Positions 61,461 to 64,000 of a stretch of DNA of 64,000 nt are shown one piece after another. A model generated the notes under the pieces. The model did no database searches and was not told the origin of the DNA. It saw only the letters and a list, made by a program, of their open reading frames with translations. Position numbers and translations under genes: made by a program. Within the stretch, counting starts at the first letter, position 1, and every line of letters starts with the position of its first letter. Source of the DNA: an uncultured Planctomycetaceae bacterium (GTDB lineage: Bacteria > Planctomycetota > Planctomycetia > Isosphaerales > Isosphaeraceae); NCBI GenBank assembly GCA_963833985.1, contig CAWIAD010000002.1, positions 4,064,001 to 4,128,000 of the forward strand. Reading direction: 5' to 3'.

Positions 61461-62653
61461 TGCGTATCGCTTATATCTGCATGGACCAGGGCATACCGGT
61501 CTTCGGCCGCAAGGGCTGTTCGATCCACGTGCAGGAGGTCCTTCGCGGCCTGATCCGGCACGGCGCCGAGATCGAGCTGTTCACGCCCCGCCCGGAGGGA
61601 AGCCCGCCCGTCGACCTGCGATCCGTACGGGTCCATCCCTTGCCCATCCCGGCCCACAAGCATCCCCCCGCGCGGGAGGCTGCGGCCTTCCGGTTCAATA
61701 CGGAGCTGCGCCAGGCCCTGGAGGACGAAGGCCACTTCGACCTCGTCTACGAACGTTATTCGCTCTGGAGCCATGCGGGAATGGACCATGCCCAGCGGCG
61801 CGGAGTGCCCGGGCTGCTCGAGGTCAATGCCCCGCTCATCGCGGAGCAGGCCCAGCACCGCATCCTCGTCGATCGTGCCCGCGCCGAATGGGTGGCGCAT
61901 CGCGTCTTCGGGAACGCCACGGCCCTGATCGCGGTCTCGCAGGGGGTTGCCAGCTATCTGGAGTCCTATCCTTGCACCGAGCAACGTGTTCATATCATCC
62001 CCAATGGTGTGAATTCGGATCGCTTTCCCGCAGACGTCCGCGCCAGCCTTCCGCCCGCGCCGGGAGTTTTCACGATCGGCTTCGTGGGAACGCTCAAGCC
62101 CTGGCACGGGCTCCAGGCTCTGGTCGATGCGTTCGCCCGGGTGCATGCCGTCGATGCCACGGTGCGCTTGCTGATGGTCGGCGAGGGACCGCAGCGCGCC
62201 CCGCTCGAGGCGGAACTGACCGCCCGGGGACTGCGTGATGCGGTTCACTTCACCGGCTCGGTGGACCCCGCGGACATTCCCGGCCTGCTGGCCTCGATGG
62301 ACGCGGCGGTGGCGCCCTACTCGTGCCTTCCCCACTTTTACTTTTCACCGCTGAAGGTCTATGAATACATGGCCGCGGGCCTGGCCGTGGTCGCCAGCCG
62401 GATCGGCGAGCTGGACGGCCTGATCGATCACGGCGTTTCCGGGTTGCTGTGCGCACCCGGCGACCCTGTGGAGCTGGCCTGTTCCCTGCTGGAGTTGCGT
62501 GCCGATCCCGCACTCCGCACCCGGCTGGGACAGGCCGCTCGAGCGAAGGTGCTGGAGGCGCACACCTGGGACTGGACCGTGCTGCGCATCCTTGATCTCG
62601 CGGGACTGGCCCCGCACGACCAGTTCCTGGCGGTGCAAGGAGCGAATGCATGA
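61460..62653 (+). CDS. Glycosyltransferase family 4
   Basis: MRIAYIC.D.GIPVFG.KGCSIHV, YERYSLW, FVGTLKPWHG and SPLKVYEYMA. Confidence 0.9.
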   Translation: MRIAYICMDQGIPVFGRKGCSIHVQEVLRGLIRHGAEIELFTPRPEGSPPVDLRSVRVHPLPIPAHKHPPAREAAAFRFNTELRQALEDEGHFDLVYERYSLWSHAGMDHAQRRGVPGLLEVNAPLIAEQAQHRILVDRARAEWVAHRVFGNATALIAVSQGVASYLESYPCTEQRVHIIPNGVNSDRFPADVRASLPPAPGVFTIGFVGTLKPWHGLQALVDAFARVHAVDATVRLLMVGEGPQRAPLEAELTARGLRDAVHFTGSVDPADIPGLLASMDAAVAPYSCLPHFYFSPLKVYEYMAAGLAVVASRIGELDGLIDHGVSGLLCAPGDPVELACSLLELRADPALRTRLGQAARAKVLEAHTWDWTVLRILDLAGLAPHDQFLAVQGANA

Positions 62654-64000
62654 CACGGCCACGCACCTTGCAGGAAAGCTTGCCCGGGCTGCGGCATATG
62701 CTCTCGTTCTTCTGGCAGCGGCTCAGGAAGCAGCGCAGGTTGATGACAGTGTCAGTGGCGGCGCTGCTCGCCGAGGTGGTCCTGGGCACCCTGGAACCCT
62801 GGCCCCTGAAATTCATCTTCGACCACCTGCTGGGAGCCAGGCACCGGGGCCGGCTGGCCGTCCTCCCGGCGTTTGAATCGCTCGATACGTCGACCGTCGT
62901 CACCGCCTCGGCGCTGGCGATCATCCTCATCTCCGGCTTGCGAGCATTGAGCGACTTCACGAGCACCATCGGGTTTGCGCGCGTCGCGAGCCGGGTGCTG
63001 GCGGAGCTTCGCGCCGATCTCTATCGCCACCTCCAGGGCCTGTCGCTGTCGTTCCATCACAAGGCGCGGAGCGGTGATCTGCTGCTGCGGCTCATGAACG
63101 ACGTGAACCAGCTGCGTGACGTCGCCGTGACAGCCTTCCTTCCCCTGGTGGCCGATGGGCTCGTGCTCGTGGGCATGGTCGGCGTCATGATCTGGATGAA
63201 CGCGAAGCTGGCGTTCCTGGCCCTCGCGATGCTGCCTCTGTTCTGGCTCTGGAGCGTGCGGCTCACCGGCCGGATCCGGCAAGCGGCGCGGAGTCAGCGG
63301 CAGCGTGAATCGGCCATGGCCTCCACGGCCGCCGAGACGATCGGCGCCATCAAGGTGATCCAGGCGCTCTCGCTGGAGGCACGCTTCGCACAGTGCTTTC
63401 TGAGCCGCAATCAGGAAAGCCATCAGGAGGACGTGCGCACGGCGCGATTGACGGCGGCCCTGGGCCGCAGTGTGAGCTTCCTGGTGGCCATCTCGACGGC
63501 CCTGGTATTGTGGTACGGTGCGCGGCTGGTGATGCGCCACGAGCTCACTCCCGGAGAGCTCCTGGTCTTCATGACCTACCTCAAGAATGCCTTTCGTCCG
63601 GTGCGCGACCTGGCCAAGTACACCGGCCGGCTGGTGAAGGCGACGGCCGCGGGGGAGCGCGTGATCCAGTTGCTCGACCAGGCACCCGAGGTCCGCGACC
63701 TGCCCGGAGCCGTGGCGGCTGCGCCGTTCCGGGGCGCCTTGCAATTTGCAGGAGTGGACTTCGGGTACGAGCCGGGGCGTCGTGTCCTCAGCCAGCTTAG
63801 CTTCAGCGTGGAGCCCGGCCAGCAGGTGGCCCTGGTGGGCCCCTCGGGCATCGGTAAGTCCACGCTGGCCAGCCTGATCCTGCGGCTCTACGACCCCACC
63901 CAGGGACAGGTTCGGATCGACGGCCGCGACATCCGCGAATACACCCTGGCCACGCTGCGCCACAGATCGGCGTGGTGCTCCAGGAGACATTGCTGTTCGC
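62650..64000 (+). CDS. ABC transporter fused permease/ATP-binding protein (partial)
   Basis: MTRPRTLQESLPG...LEPWPLKFIFD, TM helices and Walker A GPSGIGKST; runs off the window. Confidence 0.9.
   Translation, partial: MTRPRTLQESLPGLRHMLSFFWQRLRKQRRLMTVSVAALLAEVVLGTLEPWPLKFIFDHLLGARHRGRLAVLPAFESLDTSTVVTASALAIILISGLRALSDFTSTIGFARVASRVLAELRADLYRHLQGLSLSFHHKARSGDLLLRLMNDVNQLRDVAVTAFLPLVADGLVLVGMVGVMIWMNAKLAFLALAMLPLFWLWSVRLTGRIRQAARSQRQRESAMASTAAETIGAIKVIQALSLEARFAQCFLSRNQESHQEDVRTARLTAALGRSVSFLVAISTALVLWYGARLVMRHELTPGELLVFMTYLKNAFRPVRDLAKYTGRLVKATAAGERVIQLLDQAPEVRDLPGAVAAAPFRGALQFAGVDFGYEPGRRVLSQLSFSVEPGQQVALVGPSGIGKSTLASLILRLYDPTQGQVRIDGRDIREYTLATLRHRSAWCSRRHCCS

Overview
GC-rich bacterial DNA, most likely a planctomycete (Isosphaeraceae-like). 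The evidence is a DUF1559 prepilin-type gene, LEDR-LLS export motifs, ECF sigma/Ser-Thr kinase-TPR modules and a BlaI/BlaR1 pair. The window has about 42 CDS, mostly carbohydrate-active enzymes, hydrolases, signalling and housekeeping genes, plus a VapBC pair, two REP-like clusters and a 102-bp tandem array. I found no rRNA, tRNA, CRISPR array or transposase. About 12 genes each carry a single frameshift, mostly at short homopolymer or CG runs, which points to sequencing error rather than true pseudogenes. The standout is a ~1210-aa single ORF (9911-13543, minus strand) fusing TIR, SLOG, macro-like and CHAT caspase-like domains, transcribed divergently from a Cys/His triple-repeat exported protein and a membrane-anchored TIR protein. 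This is a candidate all-in-one Thoeris-like/caspase defence or cell-death locus. All domain calls are by eye from motifs; no searches were run.
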